62,900 nt of DNA from positions 1 through 62,900 of the IMG/VR virus record IMGVR_UViG_3300042987_001364; one strand, written 5' to 3'. The notes below the pieces were generated by a model. The model saw nothing but the letters and a program-made list of their open reading frames with translations, was not told the origin of the DNA and ran no database searches. The stretch's first letter is position 1. Every line of letters begins with the position of its first letter. Shown here piece by piece: positions 30,901-41,175 of the stretch. Origin of the DNA: a virus. Its lineage: Duplodnaviria; Caudoviricetes. Position numbers and translations under genes: made by a program.

Positions 30901-32055
30901 AATCTCAATATACTGGTTCCAGATGGTAAGGGAGGCATAACGTATATTGGACGGGAAGTTTCAGAAACCCAAGATAAAGACGGTGAGGAAACGGTATCCC
31001 TGTCAGAAGCTCTGAACGAACAACAGAAAGAACAGCAAGCTATATCTCAGGCGCTGCGGGACATATTGGAAGGCAAAGAACCGCAACTGCCTCCTTTGCC
31101 TGAGCAGCCAACGCAACCTCCGACTCCTCCGACAGAGGAAAAGCCCACGGGTGGAGAAGGCACGACACAACCAACTCCGGAAACGCCTACGCCAACTCCG
31201 GTTACGCCTACGCCGGGAGGAGGGTCGATTGGTGAAGCGACAACTCCGACACCTACCCCTACACCAACTCCGGGTGCAGGCGATACAAACATCACGCCGG
31301 TAACGCCACAGGTGCCCACGCCAACACCGGAGACTGGTAGCGGATCAGGCGGTGCAGGCACAACACCTACACCTCCACCTACACCGGGAGGTGGTACGAC
31401 AGGCGGCACGACAGGCGATACAACGGGCGGCACGCCCGGAGGTATAACAGGTGGTACAACAGGCGGAGAGCCGGGGGGTACAACAGGTGGAGAGCCCGGA
31501 GGTACTACAGGTGGCACGCCGGGGGGTACTCCCGGAGGTACTACAGGCGGAGAGCCTGGTGGCACGCCGGGTGGTGGTCTTGGAGGCACCGGAATTGACA
31601 CAGGTACAGGTGGCGGCGGTATTGGTGGAGGTGGAACTGGGACCGGCGGCACAGGTGGCACAGGCGGTGGAACTGGAGGCGGAACAGGTACTGGGACTGG
31701 CACAGGCACAGGGCCCGGAACGGGTATCGGTGGCGGAACAAGTGCAGACATTCTCAAAGAATTGCGCGATATCCTCGGTCCGGGGTTTGCTGGCATCGCG
31801 ATCAATCAAGCGTTGTCGCAGTCGGCAACCAACAGACAGATACAGCAAGCGCAGCAACAGGCTAATTTCGGTAACTTGTTGTCAATTCTAGGGCTCGCTG
31901 GTCAGCAGAAGGAACAGCCAGAGATTCCGTTGCCGTTAGTAGGCAATATCACGCCCTATCAGTTCAGCACAAATTTGCTTGAGAACGTATATAAACCGAA
32001 AATGGCCGAAGGCGGCTCAATTGATGAATTGTTGAAAATTATTAGGGGATCGTGA
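27952..32055 (+). CDS. Large internal virion/ejection protein with hydrophobic segment and low-complexity tracts
   Basis: About 1367 aa; poly-Pro, hydrophobic GAIVGG region, PT and GGTTG repeats; C-terminal MAEGG. Confidence 0.6.
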   Translation: MSEWWEQLTGESGGPSQAQLNLAGWEWTGGEGGSWRPPPGWVSDDNALMGYRPPTPEPPPPPPPPPPPPRQQIIIDSSAAKNASEYWSRWSKDDLYNRSAVQLQYNGVPAIFVPESYVQKGALVGDIQFYNKAFLNKDNWQYLKPVQLESDVVPESDPGRKFRYDYLDNPNTGYLIEKDVWKNIFSPNQVYARKSTFSVKGNSKDSVPIQGMAEIDGKLQYYGLRGGESAGELTTYADTYQSKGWKSGSSGFFPRLFSNPVTQIIGAIVGGVPFVVGSAIGRSAVTGNWGQAALSIALANIPGADGASAVEGTIFEIPAVASSVKTVSEVLGVSAATAGAIVGGTFTSLASGGDIKDVLKTVAANVAGLNVGEYVGQLVETAGFKGLQQIATAVSKEGTRAMLLNQDIPAATKNAFINTAVPLALQSAPGWKNLSATQQKAITSAALGAAQGGKLDVGQTIKNFATEVFAESALETLGKSMKLSASQRQFAKDLIVGGIQGKPLDSVLQKSLLNQAKAGIQLQVNDANAQKAGWADYAQQQAAQSQYGPKITAADYQARQQGWEDLADKRAAIKAYGDTITPVGAKEREQVKSIDPKFDAEAYAKLNDVAGDPFAHFLEQGVKAKLPTNYAAGADEALKSVGYSASGKEVNEVAKGLKDSANPDVFLAQWYDQKTVTQSELARLEQETGITLTDAQRQKLIGQNDQAKVTADLQKLGEVSKKDQQTKLVREQTLTDSLIKKFTDRGETPEVAQRRAQEYLSQLRSVEKQLADEKTLYANQVGAKYGRNSPEFIAAMRDVLEYKAKVGGFGVTKDESGAFVTTTGAKIDPETLKSISEVSTSGLLADAKNALSGLFPRTIGTIPSAADITKEAKALGITLTKDQINSIAGRYSEQSLTDRIKGIAESALGAIIPSAEAAGIAPVARETIRQEYNSQKVREFLTDSQVMANRTNPNGFSGYVNASGRKLTNAEAYNLVGKEPLYGNLNILVPDGKGGITYIGREVSETQDKDGEETVSLSEALNEQQKEQQAISQALRDILEGKEPQLPPLPEQPTQPPTPPTEEKPTGGEGTTQPTPETPTPTPVTPTPGGGSIGEATTPTPTPTPTPGAGDTNITPVTPQVPTPTPETGSGSGGAGTTPTPPPTPGGGTTGGTTGDTTGGTPGGITGGTTGGEPGGTTGGEPGGTTGGTPGGTPGGTTGGEPGGTPGGGLGGTGIDTGTGGGGIGGGGTGTGGTGGTGGGTGGGTGTGTGTGTGPGTGIGGGTSADILKELRDILGPGFAGIAINQALSQSATNRQIQQAQQQANFGNLLSILGLAGQQKEQPEIPLPLVGNITPYQFSTNLLENVYKPKMAEGGSIDELLKIIRGS
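31080..31740 (+). repeat. Coding low-complexity PT-rich and GG(T/E)(T/P)G repeats
   Basis: TPTPTPTP and GGTTGGEPGGTTGG arrays in the 27952-32055 protein. Confidence 0.85.
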
Positions 32056-33845
32056 TGGATGAGTCTAACAACAGCGGTGGAAACGATACGGAAATCGTGG
32101 TCGATAACCCAGATGTACCGGTGATCGATTGGGCAAACATCAAACTGCCCGAAGGTACAACATATGGCGATATTCTTAATTTCGCGTATGACCCTACTCA
32201 AACGGGTGGTTCGTCTTCGACGATCAAGGATTGGCTCTCCGGTCTTTTCAAGGGCGGCACATCGTCCGGTTCTGGCTCCTCCGGTACGGGAGGTTTGAGT
32301 GGGCTGTTGGGCGGCAGCACGCTGCCCGGAGTTTTGCAGAACAACGCAGGCATGCTCACGGCTCTTGCTGGTTTGTATTCTCTGATGGGTGGGAACAAGA
32401 AACAAACAGCCGGATATGCCGGGAATATCCCTCGTTACACCGCGACTCAGCAAGCCGTACAGCAACCAGCAGGCAGACCAGGTGGGCCGCGTGGTCGATA
32501 TCTGACAGATGTCCAGTACCGTGCCGGAGGTGGGTATCTCCGTGGCGCGACAGGTGGAATGGCGGACGAGTTAGACACAACCATTGACGACCAACAGCCA
32601 GCGAAGTTGAGCCACGGCGAGTTCGTTGTGCCCGCCGATGTGGTGTCACATCTGGGAGATGGGAATAGCGAAGCGGGCGCCAAGAAACTCTACGACATGA
32701 TGGATCGAGTTCGAAAAGCGCGTACCGGAAAGACGGAACAAGCACCAGAAATCAAAGCGGAGAAATACATGCCCAAGTACAACAAGGGTGGCATCGTGGC
32801 ATTTTCAAACGGAGCCTTGGTCCCCACAGCCACGACTACCGGTGCGACGGGGAACATTCCGGGTCTAAGCAGTCCTACACAAGTGGGGCAGACAGGCACA
32901 AGCACGGTCGGCACGCTGGCACCTTGGGCTGGTGAATACGTCACGGACATGCTTGGCAGGGCGCGCGCTTTGGCAGAAATGCCGTATACGCCGTACACCG
33001 GTGCGCTTACGCCTGAAGCATCCGGGCTCCAGCAGAAGGCATTTGCCGGGTTATCAGGTTTGACTACGCCGACTGGGATCGGAGCAGCCGAGCAAGAAGC
33101 AGCACGTCTGGGTGGACAGATGGCCGCTCAGACATACCGTCCTACTACGTTCGGATACGAGCAATTTACTCCTGCCGCTGCTCAGCAGTATATGAACCCG
33201 TACCTTCAAGCGGCCTTGAATCCACAACTGGAAGAAGCCCGTCGTCAGGCTGAGATTCAGCGGGCTCAACAAGCGGGGCGTTTGACCAAAGCAGGCGCAT
33301 TTGGCGGGTCACGTCAAGCAATCATGGAATCGGAACTGGCGCGTAACCTGCAACAGAATCTGGCAAACATCACCGGCCAAGGATACAACCAGGCTTATCA
33401 ACAAGCAGCGAATCAGTTCCAAGCAGATCAAGCACGCAAAGCAGCCGCACAACAAGCTACGGAAGCGTCTCGTCAGTTTGGTTCGACGTTCGGTATGCAA
33501 GGGCTCCAAGGCGCGTTGCAAGCGCAAACACAGCGGGCGAATCTTGCACAAGCCGGACAAGCGGCAGGACTGAGAAACATTGAAGCCCAGTTGGGCGCAG
33601 GCGCACAGCAGCGTGATATCGAGTCGCAAGGGCTGGCGGCGGATTACAACCGGTTCAAAGAAGAACGCGATTGGCCGTACAAGATGCTCCAGTACCAGCA
33701 GTCGTTCCTCCAAGGACTGCCGATTACCGCGACTTCATACACGGCGGACACGAGCCCGTTGCAGAACATCATCGGCTCCGGCACAGGTTTGTTGGCTCTC
33801 TATCAGGCACTAGCTGGCCTCGGTCAAGCCCCTGCATCCAAGTGA
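32052..33845 (+). CDS. Internal virion/DNA ejection protein
   Basis: AKLSHGEFVVPADVV motif; YMNPY; GAFGGSR; Q/A-rich helices. Confidence 0.7.
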   Translation: MMDESNNSGGNDTEIVVDNPDVPVIDWANIKLPEGTTYGDILNFAYDPTQTGGSSSTIKDWLSGLFKGGTSSGSGSSGTGGLSGLLGGSTLPGVLQNNAGMLTALAGLYSLMGGNKKQTAGYAGNIPRYTATQQAVQQPAGRPGGPRGRYLTDVQYRAGGGYLRGATGGMADELDTTIDDQQPAKLSHGEFVVPADVVSHLGDGNSEAGAKKLYDMMDRVRKARTGKTEQAPEIKAEKYMPKYNKGGIVAFSNGALVPTATTTGATGNIPGLSSPTQVGQTGTSTVGTLAPWAGEYVTDMLGRARALAEMPYTPYTGALTPEASGLQQKAFAGLSGLTTPTGIGAAEQEAARLGGQMAAQTYRPTTFGYEQFTPAAAQQYMNPYLQAALNPQLEEARRQAEIQRAQQAGRLTKAGAFGGSRQAIMESELARNLQQNLANITGQGYNQAYQQAANQFQADQARKAAAQQATEASRQFGSTFGMQGLQGALQAQTQRANLAQAGQAAGLRNIEAQLGAGAQQRDIESQGLAADYNRFKEERDWPYKMLQYQQSFLQGLPITATSYTADTSPLQNIIGSGTGLLALYQALAGLGQAPASK

Positions 33846-33853
33846 GGTAAAAC

Positions 33854-35470
33854 ATGAATCTGGTTCAAATTCAAGAACGTCTCAAAGACACACCCACCCC
33901 GGCCCTGATGCAATATGCCAACGGGATGAACCCGATGGTTCCGCCCTATCTGGCCTTGGCAGAATTGCAGCGCCGTGAGTCCATTACTAAAGCGGCCGCC
34001 AATCAACAAGGTATGGCGCAAGGCCAGCAACCTAGTGTCAAAGAGCAAGTGGAACAGGCCGCAGGATTGGCAGCACTCCAAAAGCAAGCGCAAGCCAAAG
34101 GACTTCAGGCACTGACAGGTGCCGCACAACCAGCTCCGCCAGTGCCCACTCCGCAGCGTCAGCCCGAAGCTGAGGGAATTTCGGAACTCCCGACAGAAGG
34201 TATGTACAACTTTGCTGAAGGCGGAATTATCGGTTATGCCGCTGGGGGTCTACCGGATTATGAGTCACGAGTGCTTACTACTGAAGAATTACAGGAACAG
34301 TACAAACGTGCTCTCCGGGCGGGGAAGCCAGTAGTGGCGAATGCAATTTTAGAAGTGATAAAGAAACGTCAACCGTCGGAGCCTAAAACGGTTTCAGTGC
34401 CTGTTGCAGAGATGGAAGCCCCTCAACAAGCACCTGAGTTTGGGTTCCAGGGAAACGTAGCAGATATCACTAGGCAGATTGCGTCAATTCAAGACCCGAC
34501 AGATCGGCAACGTGCTCAGGAGCAGTTTCAACAGGAAATTTCGGCGGGAAATCCAAAACTGCAAACGGCTCAACCACAGCGTCCGCCGGTCATGCAGCCC
34601 GAACAGCCAGCACGACCGATGCCCGCTGTAGGTATTGCCGCGTTGCCCGGCGCAGAAGAATCAGCTCAATTCATGCGACAGAGAATGGCCGAGCCTTCTC
34701 CACAACAAGCGATCGGCACAGAACGGGAAATCGCTAAGGTTTACGGCATCGATCAGCCCTATGGCGATGAGCGCATGAAACGTGTCCAAGAGATGCAGGC
34801 GGAACGCCAGAAGATGCTGGAGCCGCGCGGTATGGAACGTCTGATGCGCGTGTTGGGGGGTATTGCAGGTCGTGGTTTAGAAGGCGCAGGTCCTGCGTAT
34901 TTGCAAGCCATCGAAGCGGAACGGGCATCCGATCTTGAGTTCCGCAAACAAATGGATGCGCTGATGGCTGGCACGGAAGAAAAACGTCGTGCAGCGATGG
35001 AAGCAAGAGCGGAACGTGCTCGTGGAGAATTTGGTAAAGCGCGGGAACTGCAAGCGGGCGCGGCTTCGGAAATGTTCAGAGCAGCCCAGCAACGGGAGTT
35101 GCGTCAGGCAGAGTTGGAGTTGCGCAAACTTGAACTCAAGGCGCAGCAAAAACGCGAACTCACGCCAGACGAACAGTGGCTGGTAAGTTATGCACAAGGT
35201 GATCCCAACAGATACTTGGAAGGCACAGAGAAACTTTATGGCGCCAAGACTGGAGCTAAGGCAGACCTGACTCGTGAAGGTCGACTGCAAGCTGCACAGA
35301 CGGAATATCGCAAGGCCATGCTTGATCCGATGCAGAAAGCAGCAATGGAGCAGGCGAACATTAAGACATTCGAGGACTTTGCAAAAAGATTCTATCCGCA
35401 GTTAGCGCAGGGGGCGTCGGAAGTTGATCCGATAGTCGCCAAAGGTCTGCAGATTATTGGGAGCAAATGA
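33854..35470 (+). CDS. Internal virion/DNA ejection protein
   Basis: VPPYLALAELQRR; FAEGG and YAAGG; coiled-coil. Confidence 0.65.
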   Translation: MNLVQIQERLKDTPTPALMQYANGMNPMVPPYLALAELQRRESITKAAANQQGMAQGQQPSVKEQVEQAAGLAALQKQAQAKGLQALTGAAQPAPPVPTPQRQPEAEGISELPTEGMYNFAEGGIIGYAAGGLPDYESRVLTTEELQEQYKRALRAGKPVVANAILEVIKKRQPSEPKTVSVPVAEMEAPQQAPEFGFQGNVADITRQIASIQDPTDRQRAQEQFQQEISAGNPKLQTAQPQRPPVMQPEQPARPMPAVGIAALPGAEESAQFMRQRMAEPSPQQAIGTEREIAKVYGIDQPYGDERMKRVQEMQAERQKMLEPRGMERLMRVLGGIAGRGLEGAGPAYLQAIEAERASDLEFRKQMDALMAGTEEKRRAAMEARAERARGEFGKARELQAGAASEMFRAAQQRELRQAELELRKLELKAQQKRELTPDEQWLVSYAQGDPNRYLEGTEKLYGAKTGAKADLTREGRLQAAQTEYRKAMLDPMQKAAMEQANIKTFEDFAKRFYPQLAQGASEVDPIVAKGLQIIGSK

Positions 35471-38400
35471 TGGCCGCCGCTCGTGAACTTGCACAATGGA
35501 TTGTGAATAATGAAGATAAAAAGGGCACGCCGGATTTTGATGCGGTAGCTCAGGCATTGGAACGAGCGGTGCAATTGGAGTCTCAAGCCGCCCCTCAACC
35601 GCAACCACCAGCCCCACCAGAAGGCATCTTTTCCTCATTCGGTCGTGGCCTAGCTTCATATGGGCCACAACTGAGAGAAACCTTCGGCGGTTTGCAGGCT
35701 CTCACAGGTAAAGCGTTAGCAGAAACAATCGCGCCTGAAACGGGGGCATCGCTTATCAAGAGCGGGGTGGAGCGCATTCAAGCGGCGGGCGCTGAACAGC
35801 AAGCCGCAACACGCCCAGGCGAGGCGAGTTTTACGGACGCACTGGACAAGGGAGTTGGCACCGTACTGACGGAATGGTTGCCCTATCAGATCGGCTCCGG
35901 GGCGGCAAATTTGCTTGAAACATTGGGTGTTATGGGAGCAGGGGCGCTCGTTGGATCGGCAGCTCCAGGTGCGGGGACAGCAGTCGGTGCTATTACAGGT
36001 GCTGTTCAGAAAGAACTGGTCAAAAAAGGTGTACGAGAAGCAGCACTGAAGATAGCCAAAGAACAGGGCGAAGATGCCGCTAAGCAGTTCGTGGAGAATC
36101 AGACGCTATCGGTAACAAAAGACTTGGCACGCAAGGTCGGTATGAACGCGGCACTTGCTGGACAAGCGGCTGGATATGGTTTTGGTCAGACGGCATCTCG
36201 TGCAGTCGAATCTGCTATCGAGCGCGGTGAAAACCCAGAAGACATTGATCTTGCCCGTGTCATTCCCGCCGGGATGGTCAGCACAGCAGCAGAGTTTGTC
36301 AGTGATAAGCTTGCTTTTGGTGCTCTGAAAGGGCTTAAGAAAGAAGTTAAAGATGCGGTGGAGGACACCACTCGCACAGTGCTGCAAAAGGCGGTGAGAA
36401 CGGCCGGTGACATGGCAAAGGGCATCGCAATTACCGGCACCAAAGAAGCGCCTACCGAGATCATCCAGTCTCTTGCCGAAAGATTCGGGGCGAAGTTGTC
36501 CCTGTCCGATCAGCAGGCCATCGACGAATACATTAACGCAGTTGCGGCGTCATATGCAATGTCTGTGGTGCCTGGTGCTATTGGCGGTGTCAAGACGAAA
36601 CCGGTAGAAGCGAAGCAGGGAGAAGAGCAAGAAGAGCCCATTATGGTGGACTCTGGTGCTCCGGTGAAGGCAGAGGCGCCTATCAGCACGCCTGAAGCAG
36701 GGCCAGAGCAGACAGCGCCCTTGTCCCCGGCAGAGCAGCGCGAACTGGCTATGCAGCAAGAGATGTATGCGTCACGCCAGCCGAAAGCGGAAGATATCCT
36801 TGGGGAAGTGCGAGGTGCTATCAAAACCGCACCGATGACTACGCAAGAAGACATCGCACGTATTAAGGACGATCACGAGACAGCAGTTATCAATTCACTT
36901 CTTGAGCAAGACAAGAAGATGCAAGCAGTCTCCGATTTAGCCCGCGCCAATCAAGAGCGCATGAGCCAGTTGGAGTCGATTGAGGCCGCTACTCAAGATG
37001 CTGATCGTCGTGTCCGAGAAGGCCGATTGTTAGGCCGTGTGCAATCGCTGATCGATCAGAACATTCCTTTCGCAAGTACCGCTATTGCTGACATCAATCG
37101 CAAGTTTGAGATGATCGGTGAAGCACCGCTGGACGATAGCGAGCGTGCTCGTGTGCAGAACATCATGACGATGGCACAGGGCTTTACGGATTTCGTTAAA
37201 TTGCCGTCGCCACCTGTGAGAGAGCAAGATATCTTCGCCGAAAATCAGGCGATGGAAGCACTTATCAAAGAAAGGAAACCTCGTGGACAAGTTCCATCCC
37301 AACCCGTACGAGCAGAAGTTACTGCGCCAAGCCAAGTCGTCCAAGAAACTCCCGTCAGCCCAAGAGTTGAAGAAGGTCGTCCCGTACGACCGGAGGGTGG
37401 CATTGAGCCTAGCGTTGCGGAAGATCGTCAACGCGTAGAACCGTCGGTTGGGCCGGTCGTACCAGAAACGACGGTTATTGAGCGGAAAGCTCCAGAAGTC
37501 CAACAAGCTCTTGAACCTCGGGTACTTGATTACGAGGGACGGCCTGTGGATAAACAGCCTATTCGTGGCGGGGATGTGTTTTCTACTTCTTCAGGCAGAT
37601 TTACGACGCCATACCCAAAACAGAAAAGCGAAAAATACGCAACACAGTGGCTCATTGACAATGCCATTGCCGAAGCAGAATCAAGAGGCGACCGGTTCAA
37701 CTCACAGGCATTCAAAAGTGAAACACCGGGAAAAGGAGGAACCATCCCTCCGGCAAGTATTGCATCGATGCAGGAATATCTATTTGGACAACAGCCCGCA
37801 GTTCCAGCTCCATTTCTCAAGCCAATTCAACCGAAAGAAAAGAAATCCCTCGGTGGAGAGCGTGCACAACAAGTCGCAGACTTCGAACAAACCCTCCGCA
37901 CCACGCTCAACAAGTTCGGCCTGAAAGATGTTGGTCTGAACCTTGTGGATGGCTTGAAGGAAGCAGGCTCCTACGCACAGCAACTTATCAAGATCGCGTC
38001 GGACTCTGCCAACCCCATCCGTGATCTGCGCCATGAAGCTATCCATGCTCTCCGGGAGCTAGGCTTCTTCACCGATGCCCAGTGGAAAACGCTGTCCAAG
38101 ATGGCTAAGGACAAGTGGATTGACCAGTATCTGAAGCAACGTGACGTAGATGGAAAGCCACTGAGAGCCGGAGAAGAGTCTCGCTACGACGCCTACATGC
38201 GTGAGTACAACGGCGACATGGAGAAGATCACCGAAGAAGCGGTGGCCGATGCTTTCGCTGACTTCGATGCCAAGAAAGCTCCGTCAGGATTGATCCAGTC
38301 GTTGCTGACGCGCTTGCGTAATCTGTTCCAAGCAATCAAGTCGGCGCTCACCAAGGTGGAATCGCCGGAACAAATTTTCGGCAAGGTTGAGCGCGGTGAG

Positions 38401-41175
38401 TTGAAAACGGGTGAGCGGCGCGCAACAAGCGAGGCAAAGAGCCTCCGTGCTCCGGGCAAAGTAGAAGAAATCGCCCGGAAGGTCGAAGCCAAAGTTCTGC
38501 CGCCGAAAGAAAAGATCGAAACAGAATCGTTCAGCGACATTAAGAGCGATGCTCTCAAAGCGGAAATCCAGCGTCGATTTAATCCTAAGCCAGAGACCGT
38601 AGTCGATCGCATCAATTCCATGCGTGAAAAATTCTGGGAGCGCATGGCACAAGGATTCTTAGATAAGTATCGCGCGATCAAAAAGTACAGCGACGAAGGA
38701 TACATGCTGGCGCGGATGTCCAACACCGTGGATGGTGCAGTGGAAGGGCTTCTGTTTCATGGACAGGTGTTCAATGACGGCGGTGCGCTGAATATCAAAC
38801 CCAACACGGAAGGACTTTACGAAGCGTTCAGACCTTTAGGGAAAGAGGTTGATCGGTTCTTGGTCTGGATGGCGATGAGCCGTGATGCAAATCTGCCAGA
38901 AGAAAAGCGTTCATTCTCCAGCCAGGCGTTGCAGGCTAAGGATGAAATGATTGAAGGCGATGTAGGCGGTCGGCCGCGTGCAGAGGTCTACAACGAAGTG
39001 CGGCGCAAGATGAACGCGCTAAACAAGTCCGTGCTTGATGTTGCCAAGGAAGCAGGAATCATCGACAAAGAAGGATACAAAAGATTCAGCAGCGACTTGT
39101 ACTACGTTCCTATGTACAAGATCACAGAGGAAGGCGAACTCGTTCCCACGTCGGGGGAGAAGCTGACCGATCAATTCTTCAGCAAAGAATTGAAGGGCAA
39201 TAAAGAGTTGGCCTTTGGCGATCTGATGCAGAACATCGTACAGAACTGGTCTCACATCCTTTCAGCTTCGATGAAGAACATCGCAGCTACCAAAGTATTG
39301 CAGGCCGCTGAGCAGTCAAAGCTGGATGTAGTGCGTCCAAGTATGAAAGCGCAGTATGAGTACGAAAACGGGCTTGTCTACAAGGTAACGAAAGATGGCA
39401 GAGAAGTACTCGGTAAGTTGTTGCCGGGGCACACAACCAAGAAGCCAGGCACAGTCAGCGTAATCAAAGACGGGATGCCGGTGTACTACGAAGTTAATGA
39501 TCCGCTCCTCTTGGATTCCATCGCTGGCATCACCTGGTTAGGGCCACAAGGAAAGTGGCTGGATGTCGCCAAGAACTTCAAGAACATGCTTCAGTTCGGC
39601 GTGACCATTTCTCCAGCATTCCGGGTTCGTAACTTGATCCGCGATTCGGTGTCGGCTATCTCGATCGCAGACATCAAAAAGAACCCGGTGATGAATGCTA
39701 TCGAAGGCATGAACTTCTACGACCCGAAAGACCCGAATTACATCGGCGCCTTGGCGGGTGGTGGCATGATGAAGTTCGGGGCCGCGATGGAAGGCGGGAT
39801 GTCCGAGAATATCAAGCGTCTCGTCAAAGCCGGTGTCCCAGACAATACCATTCTGGACTCCCCAGAGAAGATCAAGAACGGGCTCAAGTACCTGTACAAC
39901 AAGTACGAAGAGTGGGGCAACAAGATGGAAAACGCCAACCGTCTGGCGATCTATCAACAGGCCCGAGCCAAAGGGATGTCGCACTTGGAAGCGTCGTTCC
40001 ATGCCAAAGACCTGATGGATTTCACCCTGCATGGTTCGTTCCCGGCATTCCGTCGTTTGACGATGGTGATTCCGTTCTTGAATGCGCGAGTCCAAGGGCT
40101 GTACAAATTGGGTCGTGACGGGATTACTCCGACCTATAGGCTCATTTACAGCAGTCTGACGGGCAAAGAAATCAGTGAGTCCGACAAGAAAAAGGGCGAA
40201 AGATTTGCGATTGTTCTGGCCGGAGTAGGTTTGGCCTCTGCCGCGTTGTACTATGCCTTTAAGGATGACGAAGAGTTCAAGAAGCGCGAACAGTGGGACC
40301 GTGACAACTTCTGGTGGATAAAATTCCCTGGGATGGAACATGCCTTCCGTATCCCCAAACCGTTCGAACTGGGTGCGTTCGGGACGTTGGTCGAAAGATC
40401 GCTGGAGCAGATTGTCGATCAAGGGGCAGAAGGCAAAGTGTTCGGTGAGGCGATGACACGGATGCTATCCGATACCTTTGCGATTAATCCTATCCCGCAG
40501 ATGTTCAAGCCTGTTCTAGATATCTACGCCAACAAAGACAGCTTTACCGGTGCGCCGATTGAAACGGCGGGCATGGAGAAATTGTCCAAACAAGAACGTG
40601 TTGCAGATTCGACTTCTTGGATCGGCAAAGGGCTTGGCGGGGTAAGTAAGGCCATCGCAACCGTGACCACGGAGAAAGCGGAACTGTCTCCCGTCCAGAT
40701 TGAATATCTCATCAAGGGATACTTTGGATGGCTGGGAGCCATGGCTACCTCCACAGCCCATTACGCAGCGATGCCGTTCTCCAAGGGCGCGTATCCAGAC
40801 ATGAAGTACGCGGATACGTTCTCAATGGGTTTCGTCAAAGAACTTCCGGCGACTCAATCGAAGTTTGTTACTTCGTTCTACGACAATAACCAGAAGATTC
40901 AACAAGCCATGGCGGACATGCGCCACTATGCAACACTGGGAGAAATTGAGAAAGCGCAGAAGATCGCCATCGACCAGGCCGATAAGATCAAGCTGGCTAA
41001 GTTCTACGATAAAGCATCGGATGACATGTCGAGGATGCGGAAGTACATCAGCATCATCACGGCCAATCCGAATATGACGGGAGCAGAAAAGAGGCAAGAG
41101 ATTGATCGTGCGAAACTCATCATCGCAGAGATCGCACGTCAGGCTGAAGAACTGCGGGTGGCTCTAAAGGAGTGA
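35467..41175 (+). CDS. Large polyvalent ejection protein (metallopeptidase-like HExxH plus LPD38-like C-terminus)
   Basis: 1902 aa; LRHEAIHAL...EEAVADAF; C-terminal WDRDNFWWI...FRIPKPFELG. Confidence 0.7.
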   Translation: MMAAARELAQWIVNNEDKKGTPDFDAVAQALERAVQLESQAAPQPQPPAPPEGIFSSFGRGLASYGPQLRETFGGLQALTGKALAETIAPETGASLIKSGVERIQAAGAEQQAATRPGEASFTDALDKGVGTVLTEWLPYQIGSGAANLLETLGVMGAGALVGSAAPGAGTAVGAITGAVQKELVKKGVREAALKIAKEQGEDAAKQFVENQTLSVTKDLARKVGMNAALAGQAAGYGFGQTASRAVESAIERGENPEDIDLARVIPAGMVSTAAEFVSDKLAFGALKGLKKEVKDAVEDTTRTVLQKAVRTAGDMAKGIAITGTKEAPTEIIQSLAERFGAKLSLSDQQAIDEYINAVAASYAMSVVPGAIGGVKTKPVEAKQGEEQEEPIMVDSGAPVKAEAPISTPEAGPEQTAPLSPAEQRELAMQQEMYASRQPKAEDILGEVRGAIKTAPMTTQEDIARIKDDHETAVINSLLEQDKKMQAVSDLARANQERMSQLESIEAATQDADRRVREGRLLGRVQSLIDQNIPFASTAIADINRKFEMIGEAPLDDSERARVQNIMTMAQGFTDFVKLPSPPVREQDIFAENQAMEALIKERKPRGQVPSQPVRAEVTAPSQVVQETPVSPRVEEGRPVRPEGGIEPSVAEDRQRVEPSVGPVVPETTVIERKAPEVQQALEPRVLDYEGRPVDKQPIRGGDVFSTSSGRFTTPYPKQKSEKYATQWLIDNAIAEAESRGDRFNSQAFKSETPGKGGTIPPASIASMQEYLFGQQPAVPAPFLKPIQPKEKKSLGGERAQQVADFEQTLRTTLNKFGLKDVGLNLVDGLKEAGSYAQQLIKIASDSANPIRDLRHEAIHALRELGFFTDAQWKTLSKMAKDKWIDQYLKQRDVDGKPLRAGEESRYDAYMREYNGDMEKITEEAVADAFADFDAKKAPSGLIQSLLTRLRNLFQAIKSALTKVESPEQIFGKVERGELKTGERRATSEAKSLRAPGKVEEIARKVEAKVLPPKEKIETESFSDIKSDALKAEIQRRFNPKPETVVDRINSMREKFWERMAQGFLDKYRAIKKYSDEGYMLARMSNTVDGAVEGLLFHGQVFNDGGALNIKPNTEGLYEAFRPLGKEVDRFLVWMAMSRDANLPEEKRSFSSQALQAKDEMIEGDVGGRPRAEVYNEVRRKMNALNKSVLDVAKEAGIIDKEGYKRFSSDLYYVPMYKITEEGELVPTSGEKLTDQFFSKELKGNKELAFGDLMQNIVQNWSHILSASMKNIAATKVLQAAEQSKLDVVRPSMKAQYEYENGLVYKVTKDGREVLGKLLPGHTTKKPGTVSVIKDGMPVYYEVNDPLLLDSIAGITWLGPQGKWLDVAKNFKNMLQFGVTISPAFRVRNLIRDSVSAISIADIKKNPVMNAIEGMNFYDPKDPNYIGALAGGGMMKFGAAMEGGMSENIKRLVKAGVPDNTILDSPEKIKNGLKYLYNKYEEWGNKMENANRLAIYQQARAKGMSHLEASFHAKDLMDFTLHGSFPAFRRLTMVIPFLNARVQGLYKLGRDGITPTYRLIYSSLTGKEISESDKKKGERFAIVLAGVGLASAALYYAFKDDEEFKKREQWDRDNFWWIKFPGMEHAFRIPKPFELGAFGTLVERSLEQIVDQGAEGKVFGEAMTRMLSDTFAINPIPQMFKPVLDIYANKDSFTGAPIETAGMEKLSKQERVADSTSWIGKGLGGVSKAIATVTTEKAELSPVQIEYLIKGYFGWLGAMATSTAHYAAMPFSKGAYPDMKYADTFSMGFVKELPATQSKFVTSFYDNNQKIQQAMADMRHYATLGEIEKAQKIAIDQADKIKLAKFYDKASDDMSRMRKYISIITANPNMTGAEKRQEIDRAKLIIAEIARQAEELRVALKE

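Noticed and set aside
27952-33845. Tape measure protein (long-tailed morphology)
   Set aside because: No tail tube, sheath or frameshifted chaperone pair; gene order after the nozzle fits podoviral ejection proteins.
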